Notes under the pieces: model-generated | The model's database searches: none | The model's input: the letters and a program-made list of their open reading frames with translations, nothing else | Told to the model about the DNA's origin: nothing | Part shown: positions 1 to 11,046 of the stretch, piece by piece | Layout of the letters: the number at the start of each line of letters is the position of its first letter | How positions within the stretch are numbered: the stretch's first letter is position 1 | Source: Rhynchopus sp. YZ270_cl-10 | Taxonomy: Eukaryota | Length of the DNA stretch: 64,000 nucleotides | Direction: 5' to 3' | Assembly (NCBI GenBank): GCA_964035575.1 | Contig: OZ037843.1 | Location: 1,488,001 to 1,552,000 of the forward strand | Position numbers and translations under genes: made by a program

Positions 1-334
1 GAGTCGAGCATTTTTTTTTTTGGCAAAAAGTGGTGATTTTTTTTTTCCAGATAATTACCTGCAATGCCAAAAGGAAATTGAACTCCTTTTTTTTCTATTT
101 TGGGCGGGTTGGCGTTGAGCCATACTTCACCGACAGGTCGAGGTGTGCGTTTCACCACAACATCTCCCTTTTGTCTTTATTGTTTTATTGTTTACGAGGG
201 GGTGGGGAAACACAACAAATGAAAAGTAGGAGTGCGGTTTCACTTTCCCTATTCAGGAAACCGTGTGGAAATGTCTGATGTTGTAGTGGCTTAAAGTTCG
301 CTAAAAGAATTTTCCCACCCCAATTTTATTTCTA

Positions 335-754
335 CAGTCATCCAACAAAGGTTGGTGGGGTAAAAACCCACCAATTTTTTTTTGAGCCCCCCAAATCCAC
401 CAATGTTTTTACCCCACCAACCTTTTTACCCACCAACCTTAGTGGTTTCTAACCTGTGTTTACCATGTACCCGCAAACCCAAAAGTGCAACATTGACGGT
501 GTAAACCTGCGGCAGGTTTTGTATATGGGGGCATCTTTTTTTACTTTTGCGGTATTATTTTTTCAATCTGGACCGGGTTTGGGTGGAAGTGGGGGAGGGG
601 AGGAGGGGCATAGGGGCATAGGGGTCCACGTAAAGGAAACCCAAAAATGCAGTTCTAATCCAAAAAAACCCACCAAAATTTTTTCGAGCCCCCAAATCGA
701 CCAATGTTTTTACCCCACCAACCTTTTTACCCACCAACGTTTGTTGGATGACTG
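335..754. mobile_element. Tc1/mariner-type MITE
   Basis: TIRs CAGTCATCCAACAAA / TTTGTTGGATGACTG flanked by TA on both sides (333-334, 755-756); internal GGTGGGGTAAAAAC / TTTTACCCACCAA motifs; no ORF. Confidence 0.8.
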
Positions 755-756
755 TA

Positions 757-945
757 AGTAAGAGAAAACCGAATGGAGTGGGAACGCTAGTGAGAGCGCA
801 GCGGAAACGATAGTGGGAACGCAACGAGAGCTTGTCATAATGTTTTATTCTTCCCCACAAAATATCACGCGCAGAGAAACACTCGTTTTTTCACACAGCG
901 CGTCCGTTGTTTGTTTTTTCTCAACGACACCTTTTTTCAAAAAAT
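757..945. repeat. Dispersed ~190-bp repeat, second copy at ~3606-3793
   Basis: AGTAAGAGAAAACCGAATGGAGTGGGAACGCTAG...CGACACCTTTTTTCAAAA occurs twice, near-identical. Confidence 0.8.
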
Positions 946-1248
946 TTAAACCACGAAATGGATTGCAGGACTGCATGGTTGGGTGTCAACCCACCGGTCC
1001 ACCCGGTCATTCTACGACCAAGGTACACTGCTCACGAGAGGGCTTTGTATTTCAACCAGTGCTCTCAAGATCCTCCACGTAGGGGAGGATATTTCCTCCA
1101 GGGGCTTTTTTTTTTTTATTCCCCTGGGAAATAAAGTATACGAAGGATTTGGCACTTTTAGCGGGATTCTTTTTAATGATAATTTCACGCAGTTTTTTTA
1201 TCGCAAATTAAAAACCCGCTCATTGAACTTTATTTCACGCGTTTTTCA

Positions 1249-1755
1249 CTTTTCCCAACCTTCCTGTATACACGCGTCAGCAACCAATACAGGTAGTGTA
1301 TTGAAATGATTCTGGGGGGGGGGGGGTAAGGGGTCTAATTTTAATTTCGTCGATTTTGAGAAAAATTTTGGCCAAAAATGGGCCCCACGTATAAGGAACC
1401 GGGCTCATATTTCTCAAAATTTAAGTGGTCAAAAAATTGTCCAATTTTCCGAAATGACCCCACCGCTGCACGGGCGGAGCCCAAAAATGCAAATAAGCCA
1501 CTTTTTCCCAACCTTCCTGTATACACGCGTCAGCAACCAATACAGGTAGTGTATTGAAATGATTCTGGGGGGGGGGTAAGGGGTCTAATTTTAATTTCGT
1601 CGATTTTGAGAAAAATTTTGGCCAAAAATGGGCCCACGTATAAGGAACCGGGCTCATATTTCTCAAAATTTAAGTGGTCAAAAAATTGTCCAATTTTCCG
1701 AAATGACCCCACCGCTGCACGGGCGGAGCCCAAAAATGCAAATAAGCCACTTTTT
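1249..1755. repeat. Tandem duplication of a ~250-bp unit belonging to the repeat family also at ~15570-15750 and ~31335-31530 (reverse)
   Basis: CCCAACCTTCCTGTATACACGCGTCAGC...GGCGGAGCCCAAAAATGCAAATAAGCCAC repeated head to tail. Confidence 0.85.
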
Positions 1756-1937
1756 GGTTTCATTGAAATGATGCGGCTGACACTGAGGAATTATGGTTTA
1801 CGACGTCCCATTGAGGGGGCGAACCCTTTTTAATTTTTTGTTCTCTTGAAATGTGTAATTTCATGTTTTCGCGAAAAAAATACGAACTGATCCTACAAGG
1901 GTTGAAGGAAGGTGTGTGGAAAACAATAATAACAAGA

Positions 1938-2415
1938 ACAACTAATTGCTAAGAAAAATAATGGGGTGTGCTGTGGATAACTCCGCGCGATTTTCGGAAC
2001 CACCATAGCATCCTGGCGATTTTCTGGAGGTGCTGATGTGACGATGCCTGGTGTGATCGACGACGTGTTGTCGTCTGTGCATTATGTGTTCCTTCCGCAC
2101 TGCTCTGATGACGACGACGATGCGTGGGAGCCTGTGGACGACTACGAGCTGGAACATGCCGAGGCCGCCCGAGCGAATGGTTATCGAGCCTGCCGAGACT
2201 ACGTCCAATAACGCGATCGAGCAGATGGTGCTGGACGAAGAGGACAGCCCCACTGTTTGAACGTTTCAGATGCAGGCATCCCAGTGGGGCCAGCGTACGA
2301 AGAGCGTTTTAGCATACCTGCAGAAGAGCAGAATGCTGGCGTGTTGTAGATTATATTTTTTTCAGAGTGGAGTTCCACAGCACACCCGGTTTTTTTTCCG
2401 ATAGCAATTACTTGT
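1938..2415 (+). mobile_element. ~450-480-bp MITE-like element, copy 1 (empty site for the LINE insertion)
   Basis: Imperfect TIR CAA(G/C)TAATTGCTA...GGGGTGTGCTGTGGA / TCCACAGCACACCCGG...TAGCAATTACTTG; homologous copies at 15866-21938 (interrupted) and 30782-31221 (reverse). Confidence 0.75.
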
Positions 2416-3409
2416 TTTCACTGCAATTCCTTCAGAGCGGGATTTTATTTTTGTTTTTTTCACGCTAAAACAGGGGTTTTATTTGGCGATAACTTCACGC
2501 TAAATTTTGGTACATCCTGCACCACCACCCGCCTAAAAATTGAAAATTTTGAATTTTTTTTGCCCTTTTCGCATTTTTTTCTGACACATGCAACATGCCG
2601 AAGGATGTAAGACGCAAACGGTCCTCCGACAGGAGATGGACAAGCACTACAGTGGTTTTGCTGAAGGACTAGCATTGTCGACACCGTACGTCCGTGAATG
2701 GGACCGCTTTTTAAGGAATTCATTGGCAAGCCTGACGGTAAGCCCACGGAAGCCGACTTCGTTTCCTACATAGTGTATCTCCGTGACGATCTCACTGTCA
2801 AGACGAAGGATACACCACCCCCTTTACTTCATTGTGAGGAAGGTGGTGACTGGCATGATATTCTGTGATGGGCGGGGATCTTCTGAATGTGTCTCGCTCT
2901 TGCACGACAGCCATTTCCCGACCTCCCGCCAGCACCCGAGGGGACACTGAGGTGGCGAGAGGTCGGGATGTAGCTTTGTGTACCGTTGAGGCAGCTTTCC
3001 AAACCCGACCACACGCTGCGCTACGCGCTATGCGTACACGTGGTGTGGGCTTTTTAGGCTACATACTGTACGCGCTACACGCAAAATGCCGTTGTTGTGT
3101 GTGTAAAAACGTGGGTTGCGTGGTACTGCATGGGGTCACACGTGCACCACCCTGTGGCTCACACATGGTTCTGCCACCCCAAAAATGCGTATCCCACCCC
3201 ACATACCAGGGTATGGGCCCAATTCACCAGTTTTTTGCAGGTTCCCAGCGAGCAAAAGCTAGCGGGAGGGTAATGAGAGCTACCTGGAGGGACACATTCT
3301 CGTTAGTTATTGCACAATAAATGAGTCCCGCTAAAAGTGCCAAATCCTTTCGTATACTTTATTTCCCGTGAAATAAAATTACGTATTCACCTCCTTTTAG
3401 CGGATTATT

Positions 3410-3525
3410 TTGCGATACTTCACTTATTTTTTTCCCAGGCTCGTACACTCAATTTGCCTCGCTTCGCTCGGCAAATTAAGTAGCCCTCGCCTGGGAAAAA
3501 AATGCGTGAAGTTATCGCAAAATAA
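3410..3525. repeat. Palindromic non-coding repeat centred on CTCGCTTCGCTCG; related copy at ~32046-32146
   Basis: Arms TTGCGATACTTCAC...TTTTTTTCCCAGGC and GCCTGGGAAAAAAA...GTGAAGTTATCGCAA are complementary. Confidence 0.65.
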
Positions 3526-3849
3526 AACCCCGCTAAAAGGAGGTGAATAAATAGTTATTTTTAGGCTTTTTTGGTGGAGGATTTCCTCCATTTTTTTTTT
3601 TTTTAAGTAAGAGAAAACCGAATGGAGTGGGAACGCTAGTGAGAGCGCAGCGGAAGCGATAGTGGGAACGCAACGAGCTTTTTTCATAATGTTTTATTCT
3701 TCCCCACAAAATATCACGCGCAGAGAAACACTCGTTTTTCACACAGCGCGTCCGTTTGTTTGTTTTTCTCAAACGACACCTTTTTTCAAAATTTTTCCCA
3801 CCCTCCGCACCCTTTAAAATAAATAAAAAAGTGTTAGTCATTCCTTTTG

Positions 3850-4530
3850 CTTTCGCAGTTATTCAAAAGCTGCATGCATTGACACTTGCGGAACCCTCTG
3901 AGGGGGATGCATCAGCCTGGCTGGTATGCCTGGCATGGGTGTCTGTGTGTCTTTTTAGTTTGTCCCCCTGCAAAGCCACGCGCGCTGTCACTTGCGGAAC
4001 CCTCTGAGGGGGATGCATTCAGCCTGGCTGTTTTTGCCTGGCATGAGTGACGGTGTGTCTTTTTAGTTTCCCCCTTGTCGCAGTTATTCAAAAGCTGCAC
4101 GCATTGACACTTGCGGAACCCTCTGAGGGGGATGCATCAGCCTGGCTGGTATGCCTGGCATGGGTGTCTGTGTGTCTTTTTAGTTTGTCCCCCTGCAAAG
4201 CCACGCACGCTGTCACTTGCGGAACCCTCTGAGGGGGATGCATTCAGCCTGGCTGTTTTTGCCTGGCATGAGTGACAGTGTGTCTTTTTAGTTTCCCCCT
4301 TGCTTTCGCAGTTATTCAAAAGCTGCACGCATTGACACTTGCAGAACCCTCTGAGGGGGACGCATTCAGCATGGCTGTTTTTGCCTGGCATGAGTGTCTG
4401 TGTGTCTTTTTAGTTTCCCCCTTGTCGCAGTTATTCAAAAGCTGTACGCATTGACACTTGCGGAACCCTCTGAGGGGGATGCATCAGCCTGGCTGGTATG
4501 CCTGGCATGGGTGTCTGTGTGTCTTTTTAG
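3850..4530. repeat. Minisatellite of six ~106-122-bp units of two sub-types
   Basis: Core CACTTGC(G/A)GAACCCTCTGAGGGGGA(T/C)GCA at ~3883, 3989, 4108, 4214, 4336 and 4455; each unit contains TGTGTCTTTTTAG. Confidence 0.85.
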
Positions 4531-5798
4531 GTGTGTAATGCACCCACCCCCCCCCTGATTTTTTCTTCTGTCAAAAAAAAAAAAAAAAGAAATCCTGTGG
4601 TAGGCTCCGCCGTGTATGTGCATGGACAGGGCTGAACATGGGTAGTTCCGTGCTATTCACAGAACTCGATAGGCGATTGAGCTTATCTAACAACAACCAA
4701 AACAAAAGAAAGTACAAAGAAGAGAATAAAAAATGCAGGAAAAATAGACAAAGAGAAAAACAAAGAGATTTTGACAAAGTGAACAATAAAATTTTTGGCG
4801 GGCTCGGGTGGAGGATTATCCTCCTAGGGGTTTTATAGTGGGGGGTCACTTTGTCTCCCCCGAGGGAGCCAATATTTTCCCGAGCCTGTATGCACCGTCC
4901 AGGGCTGCACCTTAAAAAAAATTTGCCTGCGGCACCATTTTCATTTTTTGCTACTCAAAAAAAGGGTTCGTTGAGTGATTCTGTGGTGTAAAAGGAAGCA
5001 TTTTTACACCGTACCCCAATTTTTTTTCGCCTGCGGCGCCATTTATATTATTTTTTTGCTCCGCAAAAAAATAGAGTTGGCAATGTCTTTGGATACCCTT
5101 GCATTTTGCAGCCAAAAAATGCAACGTGACCAAAGCTGCAAAATTTTTGCCATTTTAAAAAATTACCTGCCGTTGCATCAGCCCCTGCTTCTGGAAGACG
5201 TATGGGTTTTGTACGGTTCGTGGAGCGTACGGTGCAAGAGAAAGGATCAGATTTCCCTTTTTTTGTTATCTCGCAAAATTGACCCGCCTCTCCGCTCTGT
5301 GGCCTGCAGGGAGGCGCGCGCGAAGCGCGCGACGACCGCTTGTTGCGGGGGAAAAATTTTTTTTTTGGGGGTTTTTTTTTGCAAAAATGAATCCTCCTCA
5401 TTTCGAAAATTCTGCTTTTTTCGTGGAGGATCTTGAGAGCCCTGATTTCAACTCTACTTTTTTTTTTACCTGGGATACGGTTCATAGTTCATAACACTTT
5501 TGTGAGCTGAGTGGCATTTGATGGTGACAACAACAAAACAATTGACGGCTCACCTGAACTATCTGGGGGGGCTTCGGTACTTCAGTATGTGAGCCTCTCA
5601 GGTACCTCAGGGTGTGTGTTTGCGCTTTTTCTCAACCTCATTCTTGTTTGCTATGACCTCCTTTTTGCCCTTCAAAAAATAGTGAAGATGAAACACCCTC
5701 CATACCCACATACGTTGCCTCGTCTTCCATCCTGTCTGTCCCCACACCACACCACACATCCCCAGACACTCACTTCCCTTTCTGTACACCTCAGAACA

Positions 5799-8447
5799 AT
5801 GCCGACATGCGGGATCCAGTCGCTGACAATACTGCTGTGTGTGGTGCTGATTCTGTCGACAGGTGCGATCATCGGTGGCTTCACTCTGTCAACATGGGAC
5901 GACCTTCTGGAGAAGGCACGTGACACAGGTGACGAGGGCTTCGGGATGTGTCTCGACAGTGGTACGGCGGACATCGAAACAGTCTCGGCACGCTACCTGC
6001 GCTCTGTTCTTGGCAACGTGGACACGGCAGTGAAGGAGTACCTGAGGGTGCCTGAACAACTGGTCGTCACGCTGGCCACCCTGGTGAGTGCACACCATCC
6101 AAACGTCAGCACGAGCCCCGACTTTTCGTCTTTAGTGCGTCCTGCTTTGCTGTCCGCTTATCGGGCTGGGGATACCTCTGGGCTGCAGCAGATGTCGATC
6201 CAAACGTACCCGTGGTCCCCTGCACATCCTGTTCCGTGGAAGAGGGGTGACGGGTTTGCAGGGTGGGGCTCGCGGGTTGGGTTCGGGGCTGTGGACGAGC
6301 CGACTGGTGTCACACCTGCGGACGGCACCAAGGTGCTCCTTATGTACGAGATGCGTAACCCTGCGACGTTGGCAGTAGGTATATCGGACTTCACCATCTT
6401 GACAGAATGCACTGACACTGGGGAGTTCAAGAACCCCACACAGCGGTGCAACCCCTATCCGAACTACAACCTAGGACAGGTACGTGGAATGTGCATATTT
6501 CCCATGGCTGCAATCGAACCTCCAGGCTCGCCAGGTCACCAGGCCCGTGGCAGACAGCTCTACTACCTGAGTCCCGACGAGCCACCCCTGAACCCAACGG
6601 ACACGCTGTTTTACTCTGCCCTGCAGGTTCAGTGGGCCAGCATGTCGTGGGAGCTCACCTACACCTTCACCCACCCAGATATGTACACGATGCACCCCAA
6701 GCAGGGTAAGCGTGTGGGTTGTGTGGTTGCCACTGTCACTGCGAAAGGAGTGACCGACGTGGTGCGTGCACAGCTGCTTCCGAAGGACACGTCGTTGTAC
6801 GTGGTGGAGGAGGACCATGCATCTGGTTCAGTGGGGGAACTTGTTGCGTACAACAGAGGACGGCAACTGCGGATGGAACGACGCCGGAGCCCCATTGGCA
6901 CTCTGACGGACATGGCAGCCAGCTTCAACGTGACGAACCACTCGATGGAAGACGCAACGTCGCACATCCCCTCAGTGATTGCAGAGCATGGGCGGTTTGT
7001 GTTCACACACCCACAGAACTACAGAGACCTTGTGGAGAAGACAGAGGACTCCTTCCTGAAGTGGTCTGACTCGAACGGCACGGAGTTCTGGACAATCACG
7101 TCGACAATTGAACACAAAACAATCCTGTGGTATTCAACCCTTCTTGTGCCTCGGGCGTCTGTGATGGATACGATTGATGCGTCGACGAATGCAATCCGTG
7201 CGAAGGTGGCATCAGATCTGTCCTCTGCAGACACACAGAAGGAGGATGCGGTGACTGTGATGGCAGGTGTGACAGCTGTTGCAATTACGGGACTTCTTGC
7301 CATTGCTGTTGTGTTCACAAGTTACATCACGTCACCTCTGCTGAAGCTTGGGAGTGAGATGGCAAGTGTGGCTGTGATGGACCTGGAGGCTGTGGACACG
7401 GGCCGTGCAGTGTCGCAGCTGAGTGAAGTGGGGATGATGCAGCGCAGCTTTGTTACCATGGTGGCGAACCTGGTGGAGTACCGGAACTACATGCCGCAGA
7501 GTGTGCTTGTCAATGACACCGAGAAAGAAGGGTCCGTGTCAGAGTCCTCACGAGATGTGAGGACGCGGTCAGGCATGTCCAGTCCCACACGATCGACACG
7601 GAGTTCAGTTGTTACGCTGCAGTACCAGAAGGCGACACAGAGTTCAGTTGTTGAGATACAGGCACTGAAGGCACTGCTGCGTGTGGAAGGGATGAAGAAG
7701 AAGAAGGTGTCTCTGGCACACATGAACGTCTTGTCGTGGCACGCCTTCATCAAGAAGCACAAGGACGCAGAGGTGCTCTCCGCACACGCAGGTGTGATTG
7801 ATAGGATCCTGACAGCAGTGGAACACAACAAGGGTGTGTGCGACACGTTCTCTGGCGACAAGATGCTTGCCACCTTCAACGCCTTTGTTCCGAAGTCGTT
7901 GCACAGTGTTGCTTGTGTGCAGGCTGCACACGAAGTAGCAACAGCACTTGGTGATGTGCACACGATCTCGTATGGATGCACGACAGGCGAGGCACGTGTC
8001 GGGAACATGGGTTGCAACGGGATGAAGAAGGTGTCGATTCTTTCGCAGTCCATGTCGTGGGTGGTTGTGCTTGAGCGTTGGAACAAGAAGTTCAACCTGT
8101 TTGGTGTCGTTGACCGCAATGTGTCACGTGAGGCGGAGGGACAGGTGGTGCTCCAGTGTGCAGGTGCTGTGATGTACAAGAAGTTCAGTGACAAGGTGCA
8201 GCCTGTCTATGCTGTGAAGGGTCTGTGCAGCAGCAAGAACGAGGAGTGGATGTACCAGCTGGAGTCTGCCTCAAACAACCCGCACGCACTGTGGAACGAG
8301 GTCTTCGAGCACATCATCAGACAGGACTTCAAGAAGGCGTCTTCTCTGCTGGACAACGTCGCTGAGGACCAGCGCACACTTTTCACAGAGCTTGTGGGCT
8401 ATGTGCGCGAGAGGACTTATGCACCGCACGTTGTGTTAATGCACTGA
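5799..8447 (+). CDS. Receptor-type adenylate/guanylate cyclase-like protein (TM, ectodomain, TM, HAMP, degenerate class III cyclase), paralog 1
   Basis: ATG 5799 follows CAG and is conserved in all 3 paralogs; TM ILLCVVLILSTGAIIGGFTL; TM2 VMAGVTAVAITGLLAIAVVF; HAMP-like ITSPLLKL...EVGMMQRSFVTM; cyclase-fold motifs CDTFSGDKMLATFN and GCTTGEARVGNMG; EEWMYQL. Confidence 0.85.
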   Translation: MPTCGIQSLTILLCVVLILSTGAIIGGFTLSTWDDLLEKARDTGDEGFGMCLDSGTADIETVSARYLRSVLGNVDTAVKEYLRVPEQLVVTLATLVSAHHPNVSTSPDFSSLVRPALLSAYRAGDTSGLQQMSIQTYPWSPAHPVPWKRGDGFAGWGSRVGFGAVDEPTGVTPADGTKVLLMYEMRNPATLAVGISDFTILTECTDTGEFKNPTQRCNPYPNYNLGQVRGMCIFPMAAIEPPGSPGHQARGRQLYYLSPDEPPLNPTDTLFYSALQVQWASMSWELTYTFTHPDMYTMHPKQGKRVGCVVATVTAKGVTDVVRAQLLPKDTSLYVVEEDHASGSVGELVAYNRGRQLRMERRRSPIGTLTDMAASFNVTNHSMEDATSHIPSVIAEHGRFVFTHPQNYRDLVEKTEDSFLKWSDSNGTEFWTITSTIEHKTILWYSTLLVPRASVMDTIDASTNAIRAKVASDLSSADTQKEDAVTVMAGVTAVAITGLLAIAVVFTSYITSPLLKLGSEMASVAVMDLEAVDTGRAVSQLSEVGMMQRSFVTMVANLVEYRNYMPQSVLVNDTEKEGSVSESSRDVRTRSGMSSPTRSTRSSVVTLQYQKATQSSVVEIQALKALLRVEGMKKKKVSLAHMNVLSWHAFIKKHKDAEVLSAHAGVIDRILTAVEHNKGVCDTFSGDKMLATFNAFVPKSLHSVACVQAAHEVATALGDVHTISYGCTTGEARVGNMGCNGMKKVSILSQSMSWVVVLERWNKKFNLFGVVDRNVSREAEGQVVLQCAGAVMYKKFSDKVQPVYAVKGLCSSKNEEWMYQLESASNNPHALWNEVFEHIIRQDFKKASSLLDNVAEDQRTLFTELVGYVRERTYAPHVVLMH

Positions 8448-9260
8448 GGATGCGTTTTATGTTGTCTCTAGGCAGTGAGATATTTTTGGCCACTAGTCAA
8501 GGCTTAGGTTCATCGTATAAACGTTTCCTTCTCATTTTCGTGAAACCATGTTTGTGCCGTGTTTGTTCAGAGTACTCTATTAACGGTACAATAAATGCGA
8601 CAAACGCAGCGAGATGCGTCTGGTGACCATCTGCGGTGCAGGGCTGTACCATGCACCACCCGATCGGTGGCGTACGCATGAACTGCATGTGATCCAGAAG
8701 CACATCCCTACACGCTCGAGCGTTGTAGCAGTAGCCTTCAACCAAGTTGAAGAGAAGGGCATTTTGCCTGATGTAGGTCGTCGCGGGGTGGGGTGGGGAG
8801 GGGGTAAACTATCTACCGATCACCGTCACGAGCTCGGGGCTCTCAACGGAGGGAAGCATATACGCACCGTGCTCACTTTACTGTGCATGTGAAGGTGAGG
8901 CAGACCCTTAACCTGCAGTACAGGTGACAGGGCTCTACAGTCCCAACAGTTGTGTTGTGTTCTTTATTGCGATATTTTTGTTTTGTTTGTGAAGTGACTT
9001 TACAGTCAACTGAGAAACAGAAGTCGGACTGCGTGTTTGGGGTGCACCGGTACACAGTGGTGCAAAGGTACACTGTCACCATCCGGCTTTTGTATTTCAA
9101 GTCAAACTTTTGTTTGCAATGGACCCCTTTTTTGTCAGGCCTTTTGCTAACCATCATGCCATCATGCCACGTTTTTGGCGTTTTTTATTTTTTTTTCCAT
9201 CATGCCACCATCATGCCACGGGGGGTGCTAGGTTGTAAAATTCGAATAATTCGTATAATT

Positions 9261-9747
9261 GAGGTGATCCAGCGCACACTTTTCCACACTTTTTCACACC
9301 GTGAAAACATGTGAAAATAAGTGAAAATGTGTGAAACCAAGTGAAAACATGTGAAACCAAGTGAAAATATGTGAAACCATGTGAAAACATGTGAAACCAA
9401 GTGAAAATGTGTGAAACCAAGTGAAAATATGTGAAACCATGTGAAAATATGTGAAACCATGTGAAAACATGTGAAACCAAGTGAAAATGTGTGAAACCAT
9501 GTGAAAACACCAAGTTTTTTTTCTGGAGGAATCCACTCAGAGTGCGTGAAGCAGTTTTTTTTCACTTTCGTACACACTTTTTCACACCGTGAAAACATGT
9601 GAAAATAAGTGAAAACGTGTGAAACCAAGGTGAAAATGTGTGAAACCAAGTGAAACCATGTGAAACCATGTGAAAATGTGTGAAAATGTGTGAAAATGTG
9701 TGAAACCAAGTGAAAATGTGTGAAAAAGCGTGAGACTGGATCACCTC
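9261..9747. mobile_element. MITE with internal 9-10-bp GTGAAA-core microsatellite; shorter relative at 57575-57707
   Basis: TIR GAGGTGATCCAG / CTGGATCACCTC; interior of GTGAAAACAT / GTGAAACCAA repeats. Confidence 0.75.
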
Positions 9748-9765
9748 AATAATATTAATTAATTA

Positions 9766-10168
9766 GGGCACGGTAATTTTTATTTTTGGTAAGCGTCTGC
9801 GTGCGTACTTTTTTTTTGAGATTCCAGAGAAAAAAATTATGCAGAAAAAAAAATTATACAGGGGGCCCTCAATAACTCAACAATGTATTTTAGGTAAAAA
9901 ATGTACATTTTTCAGTGCAAATTGACCCCATCACAGCACACACAGACTCCCGAGAGCCGAAATCAAAAAAAATTCCCCCCGATTTTTTTGTGGGCAAAAA
10001 TTGGTGGGAAAATATTTTTGGTACCTGTATTTCCCCCACTGTAATTTTCCTCTATAATTTTTTTCACCACTCATAATTTTTTTTACTGCATAATTTTTTT
10101 TTGCGTGCGTGCGTACTTTTTTTTGAGAAGTGGTCTGACGCTTACCAAGAAAAAAAATTACCGTGCCC
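9766..10168. mobile_element. PIF/Harbinger (Tourist-like) MITE
   Basis: TIR GGGCACGGTAATTTTT / AAAAATTACCGTGCCC with TTA on both flanks. Confidence 0.75.
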
Positions 10169-11046
10169 TTATACGAATTATAAGGTATTCGGTCCGTATA
10201 ATACACCGTATAATACGGTATAATACGGTATACTACCGTTTAATACCGTATAATACGGTAATCGTATAATACGAATTATACGGTATTCGGTCGGGTCCGG
10301 GACCGTACATAACAACCTAGGGGGGGTGCCAGTGACGGGGGGTGGTGGGGCAAGGCTTTCGCTATCCATCACCTGGGGATTTCCCCCCAGATGGCATGAT
10401 GGCATGATGGCACCTTAAAATTTTTCTGCTCGCTGCGCTCGTGGAGGTATACCTCAAAAAAATTTCCGCTCGCTTCGCTCGCGCTGTACGCCATTTTCTT
10501 CCTGCCTACGGTGCCATTTTACAATGTCTAGGGGGATTCCCTTGCATTTTACAGCCAAAAATGAAACTTGACCCAAGCTGCAAAAGTTTGACCATTTTTA
10601 GTTCAAAGTGACCCAACCGTTGCAACAGCCCCTGCTTCTGGAAGACGTATTGATTTTGTACGGTTAGTGTACGTAAGGCGCAAGACCAAGCGCCGTTAAT
10701 AAAGGATTAGATTCCGTTTTTTTGTTATCTCGCAAAGCTGACCCTTCGCCTCTCCACCCTGTGGCTGGCAGGGAGGCGCGCGCGAAGCGCGCGACGACCG
10801 CTTTCACCAGGTGGGAAAGCTTGGAATGTACTTTTTTTCCAGGAAATTATTATTTTTTGACCATCATGCCATTCAGGGGGAAAATCCCAAAGTTAGCAAA
10901 AGGCCTGCTTTTTTGTCCATGAAAAAAAAATCAAAAAGAAACACCCTCCATACCCACATACGTTGCCTTGTCTTGCATCCTGTCTGTCCCCACACCACAC
11001 CACACATCCCCAGACACTCTCTTCCTTTTCTGTACACCTCAGAATA

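Larger units (their letters stand above)
1057..5444. mobile_element. Non-autonomous hAT-like DNA transposon (4.4 kb) carrying nested repeats
   Basis: 23-bp TIR CAG(T/G)GCTCTCAAGATCCTCCACG at 1057-1079 and 5422-5444 (1 mismatch); 8-bp TSD ATTTCAAC at 1049-1056 and 5445-5452; no transposase ORF. Confidence 0.85.
9228..10320. mobile_element. Nested hAT-like non-autonomous element
   Basis: TIR CTAGGTTGT / ACAACCTAG; 8-bp TSD GGGGGGTG at 9220-9227 and 10321-10328; TAATACGG-type subterminal repeats. Confidence 0.7.
9136..10907. mobile_element. Non-autonomous DNA transposon with 16-bp TIR and 9-bp TSD
   Basis: TIR CAGGCCTTTTGCTAAC at 9136-9151 and 10892-10907; TSD CTTTTTTGT at 9127-9135 and 10908-10916; CCATCATGCC subterminal repeats. 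Confidence 0.85.

Noticed and set aside
2580..3050. Transposase remnant inside the hAT-like element
   Set aside because: Coding-like composition, but only short ORFs and no DDE or dimerisation motif recognised
3850..4530. CRISPR-like array (constant core with intervening sequence)
   Set aside because: The intervening sequences are themselves repeated, units exceed 100 bp, there are no cas genes and the context is eukaryotic
5511..5798. N-terminal extensions in the ORF track (also from 10963, 24375, 34067, 37232, 41063, 48253)
   Set aside because: They start at GTG/TTG or non-conserved ATGs and run through CA-rich acceptor tracts; paralogs agree on the downstream ATG
7487..8194. Long antisense ORFs opposite the cyclase genes (also 26150-26944, 42097-42801, 49086-49847)
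   Set aside because: Shadow ORFs from codon bias of the + strand genes
9200..9744. FTWFH-repeat ORFs
   Set aside because: Translation of the GTGAAA microsatellite inside a MITE
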